A DNA stretch of 64,000 bases from Paramoeba atlantica (lineage: Eukaryota > Protista > Discosea): the NCBI GenBank assembly GCA_977017575.1, contig CDRNVI010000145.1, positions 26,797-90,796 of the forward strand, read 5' to 3'. Below are positions 10,884-24,496 of this stretch, piece after piece. Both the position numbers and the translations under genes were made by a program. Numbering within the stretch: the first letter of the stretch is position 1; the number at the start of each line of letters is the position of its first letter. A model generated the notes under the pieces. The model ran no database searches. It saw nothing but the letters and a program-made list of their open reading frames with translations, and was not told the DNA's origin.

Positions 10884-13800
10884 TCATTGTCGTTTTGCAG
10901 GTTTAATTGTACCATCAATGCGAGTGTATTCCTATCCAAAAATTGCAAAGAATTGCTTAGTTGTTGGGATTCAAAAATAATGAGAAAAAGAAAAAGAAAA
11001 ACCTTCAAAAACTGCTTCACTGGTTGAGAGTAGGTGGTGTCTGCTGGTGTTTGTCCCTAAATATTTACATATTTCCAAATATCAAACAGAGAACAGAGAT
11101 TCATCAAAAAAGTCAATCAATAAATCAAAGAGAAAATAACAAAGTATGTGTTGATTTCAGGATCAGCACCATATTCACACAAAAGTTTCACCATCTCCAT
11201 CAGATTCTTTTTTGCAGCCAGGTGGAGCGCGGTACCCCCCTCCTATTATTTTGGGTTGATGAATTGTTCCCAAAAAAGAAAGAAATGAGAAAAACCTCGT
11301 TTGCTTTGTTGATTTGAACACCATTTTTCAGCAAATATAAAATAATTTCATTGGTTATCTCAGGAGATTGTAAACAGAGGAGATCCATGAGAGGGGTGCG
11401 ACCCTTCAAAAAATGAAAGATTAAAATGACTCAGAAAAACCATTGAAAAAAATTAAATTAGAAAATACTTGATAGATTTCATTTACATCTGCTCCTTTTT
11501 CAACTAAGAGCTTAACAACTGGTAAAGTAACAGAATAGGAACCACAAACTTGATGAAGAACACTCTGTCCCTGTTTTTCCAAAACCAAATTGATGGTAAA
11601 TTGAAAGAAAGAAAAAAAAGAAAGAAGAGAGGGAAGTGATCAAAAAAAAACCAACAAACTTGAACAATGAGATGTGCTCCATTTTGTAATAATAATTCAA
11701 CAAGATCCAATAATTGGCTCTTACATGCAAGAGTCAGAGGTGATCGACCATTCTGTGGTGATGTGAGACTTTTGAAAAAGACAAAGAGAAAAGAAATTTC
11801 AAAGTTTTTGAAAAAAAAAAAGAAAAAAAGAGAATACAAATTGAGTGTGAACTCCATTGATTGGACAATTTTTAGAAATCAAAAATTGAGCCAAATCAAA
11901 TTTCCCTTTTTCACTTGCAAAACATAAAGGTCCAACATTCAATTCCTGGTGTGTGTGGAGATAAAAAAAGGTATGAAAAAAAGGGGAGGTGGGGTGGTGA
12001 ATTGTGAATAGTGTGTTGAAAACAGAAAAATTGTTCACAAATAATAAAAAATACCTCTTTCATATTCTCCAATAAATAAGAGATTACATCCATGTGGCCC
12101 TCTTCACATGCCAAGACAAGACCATCACTGTTCCCAACCTTAAGTCGAGCACCATGTTTGGTGAAGAAAGAAACAATTTTAAGATCTCCCAATTTACATG
12201 CAATGTGAAAGGGGGTCATGCTGATCTGTAATAATTTGAGAGAGGAAATTTTAAAATCAATTTTTTTCCTTTTCACAAATTAAAAAATCAAAAAGAGAGA
12301 AAACAAACTCGATTTTTAAAAAAGATTGAAGCACCTCTTTCCACCAATAAAGTAACAATGTCAAAATGACCTCCCTCAGTTGCCTCAAACAAAGCTGTCT
12401 TTTCCTTTTTGTTTCACAAAAGTTGATTTCAATAAATCGTCAAAGAAATCTCAAACAAGAGAGAAAAGAAAAAAAGAAAAAAACCTCTTTTCCTTGTTGA
12501 TCAATCTGAAGATCTTCTCTTTCCAAAAAACTTTTGACAATCTCAAAATTCCCTTTACGACAAGCAACATGCCATGGAGACATTTCATTCTAAAACAACA
12601 AAAGAGATCAATTCCTCTTTCTCCTCCTGCCTCCAACATAAAAAAAAAGAGAGACATTCAAAAAATAAAAACATACTTTTGAAATAAAATTTGGATTAGC
12701 ACCCTTTTCAAAAAGGAAATGAACCATTTTGATATCATCCCCCAAAACTGCAACATCTAAAGGGCTCCAACCCTATCAAAAAAAAGAGAGGAAGATATTG
12801 AAAAATGAGTTCTTTTCTCAAAAACTTTGAAAGTTGAGAAGGAGAAAAAAGGGGTATGGAAGAAAAAAGAACATTTGGTAAAGAAAAGTTGATATTTGCG
12901 CCTTTGTTGATCAAAAATTGTGCCATTTCGATATCCCCTCTTTCACAAACACGACACAAAGGAGTTTCAGTTCTCTGGCAAAAAAAAACGAGATTCGGAA
13001 AGATAAGTTTTTTTTCCAAACATTCATTCAAAATGAAAAGAATCAAAATTTTACATTTGTTGACCAATCCATCTTCGCTTTGTTGTCAATCAAAAGATTT
13101 GCCATTTCAAAGTCTCTCCTTTCACAACAAATCCACAAAGGGCTTTCACCTCCCTGTTCAAACAAAAGGGAACTTAAAAAAAATGGAAAGATCAAAAGAG
13201 ATCTATTTGATATGAGGAGAGAAAGAAAGAAAGAGAGAAAGAAAGAGAGAGACCCTCTTTGCTTGGTCGACCCGAGCTCCTTTTTCGATCAAAAATTTGG
13301 CAATTTCAAAATGTCCTTTTTCACAAACTGAAGATAATGCAGTCTTTTTTCCTGCCAAAATCTGTTGCCAAAAAAGAAGAGAAATTGAGTTGAACATTGA
13401 AAATGTGAGAAGAAAAAAAAAGAGAGATGACTTACTGAAATTGGATGAAGAGAAGAGCCTTTCTCAAAAAGAAACTGAACTATTTCAAGATTCCCAAATT
13501 CACAAGCAATAATCAATGGATCTGATCCATCCTTCAAAAACCACAACAATCAATCAATCAATCATCAAACTTTCTCTCTCCTCAAAAAAAAGACACAAAA
13601 AAAGAAAGAGAGAAAAACTTGAGCAAGACTATGAAGGGGAGCTCCATTTTCAATCAACAAAGTGATCATCTTTAAGTCTCCTTTTTCACAAGCTCTCATC
13701 AAAGGAGTAATCCCTTTCTTTTCTCAAAACTTTCAAATCAATATCACAACACACAGACACAGACATACACAGATCATCACCAGAGATGAAGATATGAACA

Positions 13801-13939
13801 AAAAAAGAAAGGAGAGAGAGACTGAACAAACCTGGTATCTTGGAGCTTGAGGGACAGCTACTTTTTGATTCAAAAGGAGTTGTTGAACCTTTCCATAATC
13901 CCCCTCTTCCACAGCTTCAAACAATTGGTGATCTGCCAT
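10884..13939 (-). CDS. Ankyrin-repeat protein copy 1 (17 exons, about 16 ANK repeats); last exon truncated
   Basis: ATG at 13939 (MADHQLFEAVEEGD..). GT-AG exons encode GITPLMRACEKGD, GKTALFEATEGGH, GRTPLM and GGTALHLAA. The last exon (from 10931) reads EYTRIDGTIKPAKRQ-TGA. Confidence 0.8.
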
Positions 13940-14233
13940 TCCCCCTCTCTCTTTCTATCTCACCAAAAAAACAAACTTCTCAACCAAAAGAAAGAAAAGA
14001 AAAAGGAAAATGGCAAGTGGACATCAATTTCATCTTCTAAATAAGGAAATATACAAATAAGAAAAATTCCAAATATGACCCTTTTTTTTCTCTTCATTTT
14101 TCATTTTCTCTTCTTGTTCTGAAATGGTCATCTTATTTTGGTTTCCATTTTATTGTCTCTCCCCTCCCTCTCCCTCTCCACCACCCCAAATAAAATAAAC
14201 AATTTCTTTTTTGAAAAAAGGAGATTTCCTTTT

Positions 14234-17200
14234 TCAAGCTAAATTCATTTGAGGTTTTTTGAATTCAATTTCATCACCAAAACCACATTCATCTCCAATC
14301 TTTCTCTTTTTACTTTCTCTTTCTTCTCCTTCTTCTCCTTCTTCTCCTTCTTCTCTTTGTTCTTCTCCTTCTTCTCTTTGTTCTTCTTTTCCATTTGATT
14401 CAATCTTTTCATTCCCTTCTCGTTTTGCAGGTTTAATTGAACCATCAATGTGAATGTATTCCTATCCAAAAATTGTGAAAAATTCTTTGCGAATTTCAAA
14501 AATAATGAGAAAAAGAAAAAGAAAAACCTTCAAAAACCTCTTCACTCGTGGATGGGGGGTGGAGTTTGCTGGTGTTAGTCCCTAAAAACAGTTAAAAATA
14601 TCAAAAAAAAGAGATTCATCAAAAAAAGTGAATCAATAAATCAAAGAAGAACATAGTTATTTTTGATTTCAGGATCAGCACCATATTCACACAAAAGTTT
14701 CACTATCTCCAACTGTCCCTTGTGCAGCTGCATGGAGCGCAGTACTCCCATCCTATCATTTTGGGTTGAATGAATTGTTCCCAAAGAGTACCCCAAAAAA
14801 CAAAGAAATGTGAAAAACCTCATTTGTTTTGTTGATTTGAACACCATTTTTCAACATAAATAAAACAACCTCTTTGATTGTCTGAAAAGTTTGACATCGG
14901 ATAAGAACCATGAGAGGAGTGGAACCCTTTCAAAAAAAAAATGATTAAAATGATACTCAAAAACACCCATTCAAAAAATCAAATTAGAGAATACTTGATT
15001 GACTCCATTTACATCTGCTCCATTTTCAACTAAGAACTTAACAACTGGTAAATTATCAAAACGGGAACCACAAACTTGATGAAGAACACTCTGTCCCTGT
15101 TTTCCCAAAACCAAATTGATGGTAAATTGAAAGAAAAAAAAGAAAGAAAGAAGAGAGAGGATTATTTTGAGGAAAGTGATCAAAAAAACCAACAAACTTG
15201 AACAATGAGATGTGCTCCATTTTGTAATAATAATTCTGCAATCTCCAAATTGTTTTGTACACATGCAAGAGTCAGAGGTGATTGATTTGCCTGTGATGAT
15301 GTGAGGTTTTGAAAAAGACAAAGAGAAAAGAAGTTTCAAAGTTTTTGAAAAAGAAAAAGAAAAAAAAGAGAATACAAATTGAGTGTGAACTCCATTGATT
15401 GGACAATTTTTAGAAATCAAAAATTGAGCCAAATCAAATTTCCCTTTTTCACTTGCAAAACATAAAGCTCCAACATTCAATTCCTGGTGTGTGTGTGGAG
15501 ATAAAAAAAGGTAAAAAAAGGGGGGAGTGGTGAATTGTGAATATTGTGTTGAAAACAGAAAAATTGTTCACAAATAATAAAAAAGCTACCTTTTTCATAT
15601 TCTCCAATAAATAAGAGATTACATCCATGTTACCACCTGGACAGGCCAACATAAGACCATCACTGAACCCAACCTTAAATTGAGCACCATGTTTTGTGAA
15701 GAAAGAAACAATTTTAAGGTTTCCAAAAAAACATGCAATGTGAAAGGGGGTATGTGAAGTCCTCTGTAACAATTTTAGAGAGAAATTTTAAAATCAATTC
15801 TGTTCATTTTTCCAAATAAAATTTTTAGAGAGAATTGTTCAAAAAATAAAAAAATCAAAAAGAGAAAACAGACTTGATTAACAAAATTGATTGAAGCACC
15901 TCTTTCCACCAATAAAGTAATAAGGTCAAAATGACCTCCCTCAGTTGCCTCATACAAAGCTGTCTTTCCCTTTTTGTTTCACAAAAGTTGATTTCAAAAT
16001 CATCAAAGAAATCTCAAACAAGAGAGAAAAGAAAAAAAGAAAAACCTGGTTTCCTAGTTGATCAATCTGAAGATCTTCTATCTTCAGAAAACTTTTGACA
16101 ATCTCTAAATTCCCTTTTTGACAAGCAACGTGAAATGGAGACATTTCATCCTAAAAATAAAATTCATAAATTCCTCTTTTCCCCCTCCCCCCTCCAACAT
16201 AAAAAAGAGAGACATTCAAAAAATAAAAACATACTTTTGAAATAAAATTTGGATTAGCACCCTTTTCAAGAAGGAAAAGAACCATTTTGATATCATTCTC
16301 CAAAACTGCAATACATAAAGGACTCCAACCCTACCAAGAAGAGATGAAAATATTTAAACTGAGTTCTTTTTTTCAAAAACTTTGAAAGTTGAGAAAGAGA
16401 AAAAATAACAATGGTTGTGGGAGACAAAACACCTTGTTGTAAGGAAAAGTTGATATTTGCACCTTTGTTGATCAATAATTGTGCCATTTCAAAATCCCCT
16501 CTTTTACAAGCACAACAAAAAGAAGTTTCTCCTTCCTGCCCCCCCCGCCCCCAAAAAAAAGAAGAAGATTGGTAAAGATTAGTTTTTTTTGTGAAAACAT
16601 CCAAAAAACTGAAGAAAAACTTTACATTTGTTGACCAATCCACTTTGGCTTTGTTGTCAATCAAAAGATTTGCCATTTTAATGTCTCCCCTTTCACAACA
16701 AATCCACAAAGGGCTTTTCCCTCCCTGTTCAAACAAATGGGAACTTTAAAGAATGGAAACATGAATAAACGAGGAGAAAGAAAGAGAGAAAGAGAGAAAG
16801 AAAGAGAGAGAGAAACCATCGTTGTTTGATCTACTGTGGCTCCTTTTTCAATCAAAAATTTGGCAATTTCAAAATATCCTTTTTCACAAACTGAAGATAA
16901 TGCAGTCTTCTTTGGTTTTTGCTACAATCAAATAAAAATAAAAGAAGAAGAATTGAGTTGAACACACATAACAATCAATATGAAAAAATGTGATGAGAAA
17001 AAAAAGATGATTTACCGAAATTGGCTGAAGAGAAGAGCCTTTCTCAAAAAGAAATTGAACAATTTCAAGATTCCCAAATTCACAAGCAATAATAAATGGA
17101 TCTGATCCACCCTTCAAACACAACAACAAAAGAGACAATCAATCATCAAAATTTTCTCCTCCCAACAAAAGGAAAAAGAAAGAGAAAAAAACCTCAGCAG

Positions 17201-17449
17201 CAAGACTCTTGAGGGAAGCACCATTTTCAATCAACAAAGTGATCATCTTTAAGTCTCCTTTTTCACAAGCTCTCATCAAAGGAGTAAACCCTTTCTTTTC
17301 TCAAAACTTTCAGATCAATATCACAACTCAACACACACAGAGACAACAGAATCATCACCAGAGAAATAATCAGGATAAAAAAAGAAAAGAAGATGAACCT
17401 TTTCAAAATCCCCTCCTTCCACAACTTCAAACAATTGGAGGTCTGCCAT
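14234..17449 (-). pseudogene. Ankyrin-repeat copy 2; exon 1 shortened and exon 15 frameshifted (truncated product or pseudogene)
   Basis: ATG at 17449 gives MADLQLFEVVEGGDFEK followed by GT. Exon 15 (~14710-14730) is 2 nt shorter than in its paralogues, giving DGSTALHAAAQGTVGDSETFV-stop. The ORF track shows the off-frame RMGVLRSM running into LEIVKLLCEYGAD. A sequencing error is not excluded. Confidence 0.6.
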
Positions 17450-17728
17450 TTCCTTCTCTCTCTCTCTCTTTCTCCTCTCTCTTTCTCCTCACCCAAAACA
17501 AAACGGGTTCCCTGGAAGGAACCCGAAAACAAAAAAAGCAACTTGCTCCTTCTTTTTAGAAAACTGAATTTAGCCATTTTCATGATTTCCTCCTCTTTTT
17601 GATTTTCATTTTCTCTCTCTCTCTTTGTTTTGAAATTGTCACCTTATTCTTTATTTTTCGGTTTATTACCTCTTTCCCCCACCACCCAAATAAACAAATT
17701 CTTTTTTTGAAAAAGAAGATTTCCTTTT

Positions 17729-20700
17729 TCAATTTTGTGGAGCTAATTCATCACCAAAACCACATTCATCTCCAATCTTTCTCTTTTTACTTTCTCTTTC
17801 TTCTCCTTCTCCTCTTTTCTCTTTTCCTCCTTCTCTTTGTTCTTCTTTTCCATTTGATTCAACCTTTTCATTCCCTTCTCGTTTTGCAGGTTTAATTGAA
17901 CCATCAATGTGAATGTATTTCTATTCGAAAATTGTGTTTCAATTCTTTGAGAATTTCAAAAAGAATGAGAAAAAGAAAAAGAAAAACCTTAAAAAACCTC
18001 TTCACTGATTGATAGTAGGTGGTGTCTGCTGGTGTTTGTCCCTAAAATATTTCAAACAAATCAAAAATAAGAGGTTCATCAAAAAAATAAATAAATAAAT
18101 CAAAGAAAAAAGAACCAAGTTATTTTTGATTTCAGGATCAGCACCATATTCACACAAAAGTTTCACTATCTCCAATTCACCCCTACTTGCAGCCACATGG
18201 AGCGCAGTACTCCCATCCTACCATTTTGGATTGATGAATTGTTCCCAAAGAGTACCCCCAAAAACAAAGAAATGTGAAAAACCTCATTTGTTTTGTTGAT
18301 TTGAACACCATTTTTCAACAAAAATAAAATAATCTCATTTTGTCGACCAGGCCTAAGGAGAGTCATGGGAGTGGAACCCTTTCAAAAAAAATGATTAAAA
18401 TGATACTCAAAAACACCCATTGAAAAAACTCAAATTAGAAAATACTTGATTGATTTCATTTACATCTGCTCCATTTTCAACTAAGAGCTTAACAGCTGGT
18501 AAAGTAACAGAATAGGAATCACAAACTTGATGAAGAATACTCTTTCCCTGTTTTCCCCAAAACCAAATTGATGGTAAATTGAAAGAAAAAAAGAAAGAAA
18601 AAAGAGAGAGGATTGTTTTGAGGAAAGTGAGCAAAAACCAACAAACTTGAACAATGAGATGTGCTCCATTTTGTAATAATAATTCTGCAATATCTAAATT
18701 GTTGTTTATACATGCAAGAGCCAGAGGTGAATAACCCTCCTGTGGTGATGAAAATTTTTAATAAGACAAAGAGAAAAGAAATTTCAAAGTTTTTGAAAAA
18801 AGAAAAAGAAAAAAAGAGAATACAAATAGCTTGTGAACTCCGTTGATTGGACAATTTTTAGAAATCAAAAATTGAGCCAAATCAAATTTCCCTTTTTCAC
18901 TTGCAAAACATAAAGGTCCAACATTCAATTCCTGGTGTGTGTGGAGATAAAAAAGGTAAAAAAAAGGGGGAGTGGTTGTGAATTGTGAATATTGTGTTGA
19001 AAACAGAAAAATTGTTCACAAAGAATAAAAAAATACCTCTTTCATATTCTCCAATAAATAAGAGATTACATTCATGTGACCCCCTTCACATGCACGGACA
19101 AGACCATCACTGTACCCAACTTGAAGTTGAGCACCATGTTTGGTGAAGAAAGAAACAATTTTAAGATCTCCTAATTTACATGCAATGGAAAAAGGGGTTC
19201 TGTGGAGCTGTAACAATTTTTAAAGAGAAATGTTCAAACAATAAAAAATCAAAAAGAGAGAAAACAGACTTGATTGAGAAAATTGATTGAAGCACCTCTT
19301 TCCACCAATAAAGTAATAATGTCAAAATGACCTCCCTCAGTTGCCTCACACAAAGCTGTCTTTCCCTTTTTGTTTCACAAAAGTTGATTTCAATAAATTA
19401 TCAAAGAAATCTCAAACAAGAGAAGAGAAAAAAAAAAAACCAGATTTCCTGGCTGATCAATCTGAAGATCTTCTATTTTCAGAAAAGGTTTGACAATCTC
19501 TAAATTCCCTTTTTGACAGGCAATGTGAAAGGGAGACATTCGATCCTAAAATGACAAAAGGACAAAATAGAATTCATCAATTCCTCTTTCTCCCCCTCCC
19601 CCCTCCAACATAAATATAAAGAAGAGACATTCAAAAAATAAAAAACATACTATTGAAAGAACATTTGGCTTAGCACCCTTTTCAAGAAGGAAAAGAACCA
19701 TTTTGATATCATTCTCCAAAACTGCAACACATAAAGGACTCCAACCCTACCAAAAAGAGAGAATTAAAGGAAATCTCTTTTGTTTCAGAAATCAATTGTG
19801 AAAACTTTGAAAGTTGAGAAAGAGAAAAAATAACAATGGGTGTGGGAGAATAAACCCCTCGTTGTAAAGAAAAGTTGATATTTGCACCTTTGTTGATCAA
19901 AAATTGTGCCATTTCAAAATCCCCTCTTTTACAAGCACAACAAAAAGAAGTTTCTCCTTCCTGTTCCCCCGCCCCCCCAAAAAAATAAGAAGATTGGTAA
20001 AGATTAGTTTTTTGAAAACGTTCAAAAAAAACATTCAAAAAAACTTTACATTTGTTGACCAATCCACTTTTGCTTTGTTGTCAATCAAAAGATTTGCCAT
20101 TTCAAAGTCTCTCCTTTCACAACAAATCCACAAAGGGCTTTTCCCTCCCTGTTCAAACAAATGGGAACTTTAAAGAATGAAAACATGAACCAATGAGGAG
20201 AGAAGGAGAGAAAGAGAGAAAGAGAGAAAGAGAGAAAGAAAGAGAGAAACTGTTGTTGTTTGGTCTACTTTGGCTCCTTTTTCAATCAAAAATTTGGCAA
20301 TTTCAAAATATCCTTTTTCACAAACTGAAGATAATGCAGTCTTCTTTGGCTTTTGCTACACCGAATAAAAATAAAAGAAGAAGAATTGAGTTGAACACAA
20401 CAAGCAATGAAAAATGGGATGAGAAAAAAAGAGAAAAATGATTTACTGATGATTGAAGAAGAGAAGAGCCTTTCTCAAAAAGAAACTGAGCTATTTCAAG
20501 ATTCCCAAATTCACAAGCACTAATCAATGGATCTGATCCATCCTTCAAAACCATCACAACAGAGACAATCAATCATCAAACTTTCACTCATCACCAAAAA
20601 AAAGGAGAAAAAGAAAGAGAAAAAAACCTCAGCAGGAGGGCTCTCAAGGGAAGCACCATTTTCAATCAACAAAGTGATCATCTTTAAGTCTCCTTTTTCA

Positions 20701-20947
20701 CAAGCTCTCATCAAAGGAGTAAACCCTTTCTTTTCTCAAAACTTTCAGATCAATATCACAACTCAACACACACACAGAGACAACAGAATCATCACCAGAG
20801 AGGATAATGATAAAAAGAAGAAGAAAAGAAGATGATCACCTGGCGTCTTGGAGCTTGATTGACATCGACTCTCCGACTCAAAAGAAGTCGTTTGACTTTT
20901 TCACAATCTCCCCCTTCCACAGCTTCAAACAATTGGCGGTCTGTCAT
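17729..20947 (-). CDS. Ankyrin-repeat protein copy 3
   Basis: ATG at 20947 (MTDRQLFEAVEGGDCEK..). Full exon series is present. Last exon 17920-17729 reads KYIHIDGSIKPAKRE..ESKKRKIGDECGFGDELAPQN-stop. Not every exon was frame-checked. Confidence 0.8.
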
Positions 20948-21279
20948 TTCCCCTCTCTCTTTCTCTCTTTCTCTCTTTCTCTCTTTCTCTCTTTTCTCTT
21001 TCTCTTTCTCTTTCTCCTCTTTGGCACCCGAAAAATACTTTTCTTTTTTGGAGCACTAAAATTTAGCGGTGCTCATTTCTTCATTTTCTTTTTCTCTCAC
21101 CTCTTCTCTTCTCTTTTTCTCTGTCCTTCTCTCTCTCTCTCCTAGGTATGAAATTGGGATCTTATTTTTTATTTTTCTATTTTATTATTTCCCCCTCTCC
21201 CCCCCACACCACCACACCCAAATAAAATAAACAAATTCTTTTTGAAAAAAGAAGATTTCCTTTTTCAATTTTGTGGAGG

Positions 21280-24200
21280 TTAATCCATTCGAGCTTTTTT
21301 GAATTCAATTTCATCACCACCAAAACCACATTCATCTCTAATCTTTCTCTTTTTACTTTCTCCTTCTTCTCCTTCTTCTCCTTCTCTTTGTTCTTCTTTT
21401 CCATTTGATTCAATCTTTTCATTCCCATCTCGTTTTGCAGGTTTAATTGAACCATCAATGTGAATGAATTCCTATTCAAAAAATTGTGTTTCAATTCTTT
21501 GAGAATTTCAAAAAGAATGAGAAAAAGAAAAAGAAAAACCTTAAAAAACTTCTTCACTGGTTGAGAAGAGGTGATGTCTGCTGGTGTTTGTCCCTAAAAT
21601 ATTTTGAAAATATCAAAAAAAAGAGATTCATCAAAAAAAATAAATCAATAAATCAAAGAAAAATGAACCTGCTTATTTTTGATTTCAGGATCAGCACCAT
21701 ATTCACACAAAAGTTTCACCATCTCCAACTTACCCCCATGTGCAGCCACATGGAGCGCAGTACTTCCATCCTACCATTTTGGGTTGAATGAATTGTTCCC
21801 AAAGAGTACCCCAAAAACAAAGAAATGAGAAAAACCTCATTTGTTTTGTTGATTTCAACACCATTTTTCAACATAAATAAAATACGCTCATTGGCTGATC
21901 GAAAATGTTGAAATTGGATAATAGTCATGAGAGGGGTGCGACCCTTCAAAAAAAAAAGGTTTAAAATGAGACTCAAAAACACCCATTCAAAAAAAATCAA
22001 ATTAGAAAATACTTGATAGATTTCATTTACATCTGCTCCATTTTCAACTAAGAGCTTAACAATTGGTAAAGTAACAGAAGAGGAACCACAAACTTGATGA
22101 AGAATACTCTTTCCCTGTTTTTCCAAAACCAAATTGATGGTAAATTGAAAGAAAGAAAAAAAAGAAAGAAAAAAGAGAGAGGATTGTTTTGAGGAAAGTT
22201 ATTCAAAAAACCAACAAACTTGAACAATGAAATGTGCTCCATTTTGTAATAATAATTCTGCAATATCCAAATTGTTGTGCAGACATGCAAGAGTCAGAGG
22301 TGATCGATTTGACTATGGTGATGTGAGACTTTGAATAAGACAAAGAGAAAAGAAATTACAAAGTTTTTGAAAAAAAAAAAAAAAAAGAGAATACAAATAA
22401 GCGACTGTGAACTCCATTGATTGGACAATTTTTAGAAATCAAAAATTGAGCCAAATCAAATTTCCCATTGAGACTTGCAAAACATAAAGGTCCAACATTC
22501 AATTCCTGGTGTGTGGAGATAAAAAAGGTAAAAAAAAGGGGGTAGTGAGTTGTGAATTGTGAATATTGTGTTGAAAACAGAAAAATTGTTCACAAATAAT
22601 AATAAAATACCTCTTTCATATTCTCCAATAAATAAGAGATTACATCCATGTGACCCTCTTCACATGCCAACACAAGACCATCACTGGACCTAACTTGAAG
22701 TTGAGCACCATGTTTGGTGAAGAAAGAAACAATTTTAAGATTTCCTAATTTGCATGCAATGGAAAAAGGGGTTCTGTGGAGCTGTCACAATTTTTAGAGA
22801 GAAATGTTCAAACAATAAAAAATCAAAAAGAGAGAAAACAGACTTGATTGAGAAAATTGATTGAAGCACCTCTTTCCACCAATAAAGTTATAATGTCAAA
22901 ATGACCTCCCTCAGTTGCCTCACACAAAGCTGTCTTTCTCTTTTTTTTTCACAAAAGTTGATTTCAATAAATCATCAAAGAAATCTCAAACAAGAGAAAA
23001 GAAAAAAAGAAAAAACCTGGTTTCCTTGTTGATCAATCTGAAGATCTTCTATTTTCAAAAAAGTTTTGACAATCTCTAAATTCCCTTTTTGACAAGCAAC
23101 ATGCCATGGAGACATTTGATCCTAAAATAACAAAAGGACAAAATAGAATCCATAAATTCCTCTTTCTCCCCCTCCCCCCTCCAACATAAATATAAAAAGA
23201 GAGACTTTTGAAAGAACATTTGGCTTAGCACCCTTTTCAAGAAGGAAATGAACCATTTTGATATCATTCTCCAAAACTGCAACACATAAAGGACTCCAAC
23301 CCTACCAAAAAAAGGTGAATTAAAGGAAATCTCTTTTGTTTCAGACATCAATTGTGAAAACTTTGAAAAATGAGAAAGAGAAAAAAAGGGGGTGTGGAAG
23401 AAAAAAATAACATTTCGTGAAGAAAAGTTGATATTTGCACCTTTGTTGATCAAAAATTGTGCCATTTCAAAATCCCCTCTTTTACAAGCACAACAAAAAG
23501 AAGTTTCTCCTTCCTGTTCCCCACCAAAAAATAAAAGATTAGTTTTTTTTGATGAAAACATTCAAAAAAACATTCAAAAAAACTTTACTTTTGTTGACCA
23601 ATCCACTTTTGCTTTGTTGTCAATCAAAAGATTTGCCATTTCAAAGTCTCTCCTTTCACAACAAATCCACAAAGGGCTTTTCCCTCCCTGTTCAAAAGTG
23701 ATAATTTTAAAAAAAACAAAAAGAAAGAGGAATCTAAAAATTGATTTGATATGAAGAGAGAAAGAGAAAGAAAGAAAGAAAGAAAGAGAAACTGTCTTTG
23801 TTTGGTCTACTGTGGCTCCTTTTTCAATCAAAAATTTGGCAATTTCAAAATATCCTTTTTCACAAACTGAAGATAATGCAGTCTTCTTTGGCTTTTGCTA
23901 CCCCAAATAAAAAAAGAAGAAGAATTGAGTTGAACACACACCCATAACAATCAATGAAAAAATGGGATCAGAAAAAAAAAAGAGAGATGATTTACTGATG
24001 ATTGAAGAAGAGAAGAGCCTTTCTCAAAAAGAAACTGAGCTATTTCAAGATTCCCAAATTCACAAGCACTAATCAATGGATCTGATCCATCCTTCAAAAC
24101 CATCACAACAGAGACAATCAATCATCAAACTTTCACTCATCACCAAAAAAAGGAGAAAAAGAAAGAGAAAAAAACCTCAGCAGGAGGGCTCTCAAGTGAA

Positions 24201-24496
24201 GCACCATTTTCAATCAACAAAGTGATCATCTTTAAGTCTCCTTTTTCACAAGCTCTCATCAAAGGAGTAAACCCTTTCTTTTCTCAAAACTTTCAGATCA
24301 ATATCGCAACTCAACACACACACAGAGAGACACAGAATCATCACCAGAGAGGATAATGATAAAAAGAAGAAGAAAAGAAGATGATCACCTGGCGTCTTGG
24401 AGCTTGATTGACATCCACTCTCCGACCCAAAAGAAGTCGTTTGACTTTTTCACAATCTCCCCCTTCCACAGCTTCAAACAATTGGCGGTCTGTCAT
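21280..24496 (-). CDS. Ankyrin-repeat protein copy 4
   Basis: ATG at 24496. Last exon 21471-21280 (64 codons) ends ..KKARMD-TAA. Not every exon was frame-checked. Confidence 0.8.

Noticed and set aside
14245-14499. ORFs QFLDRNTFTLMVQLNLQNEK..KEKKEK at the 3' end of each ankyrin copy
   Set aside because: This is an alternative frame of the last exon. The acceptor-consistent phase-0 frame EYIHIDG.. is the plausible one.
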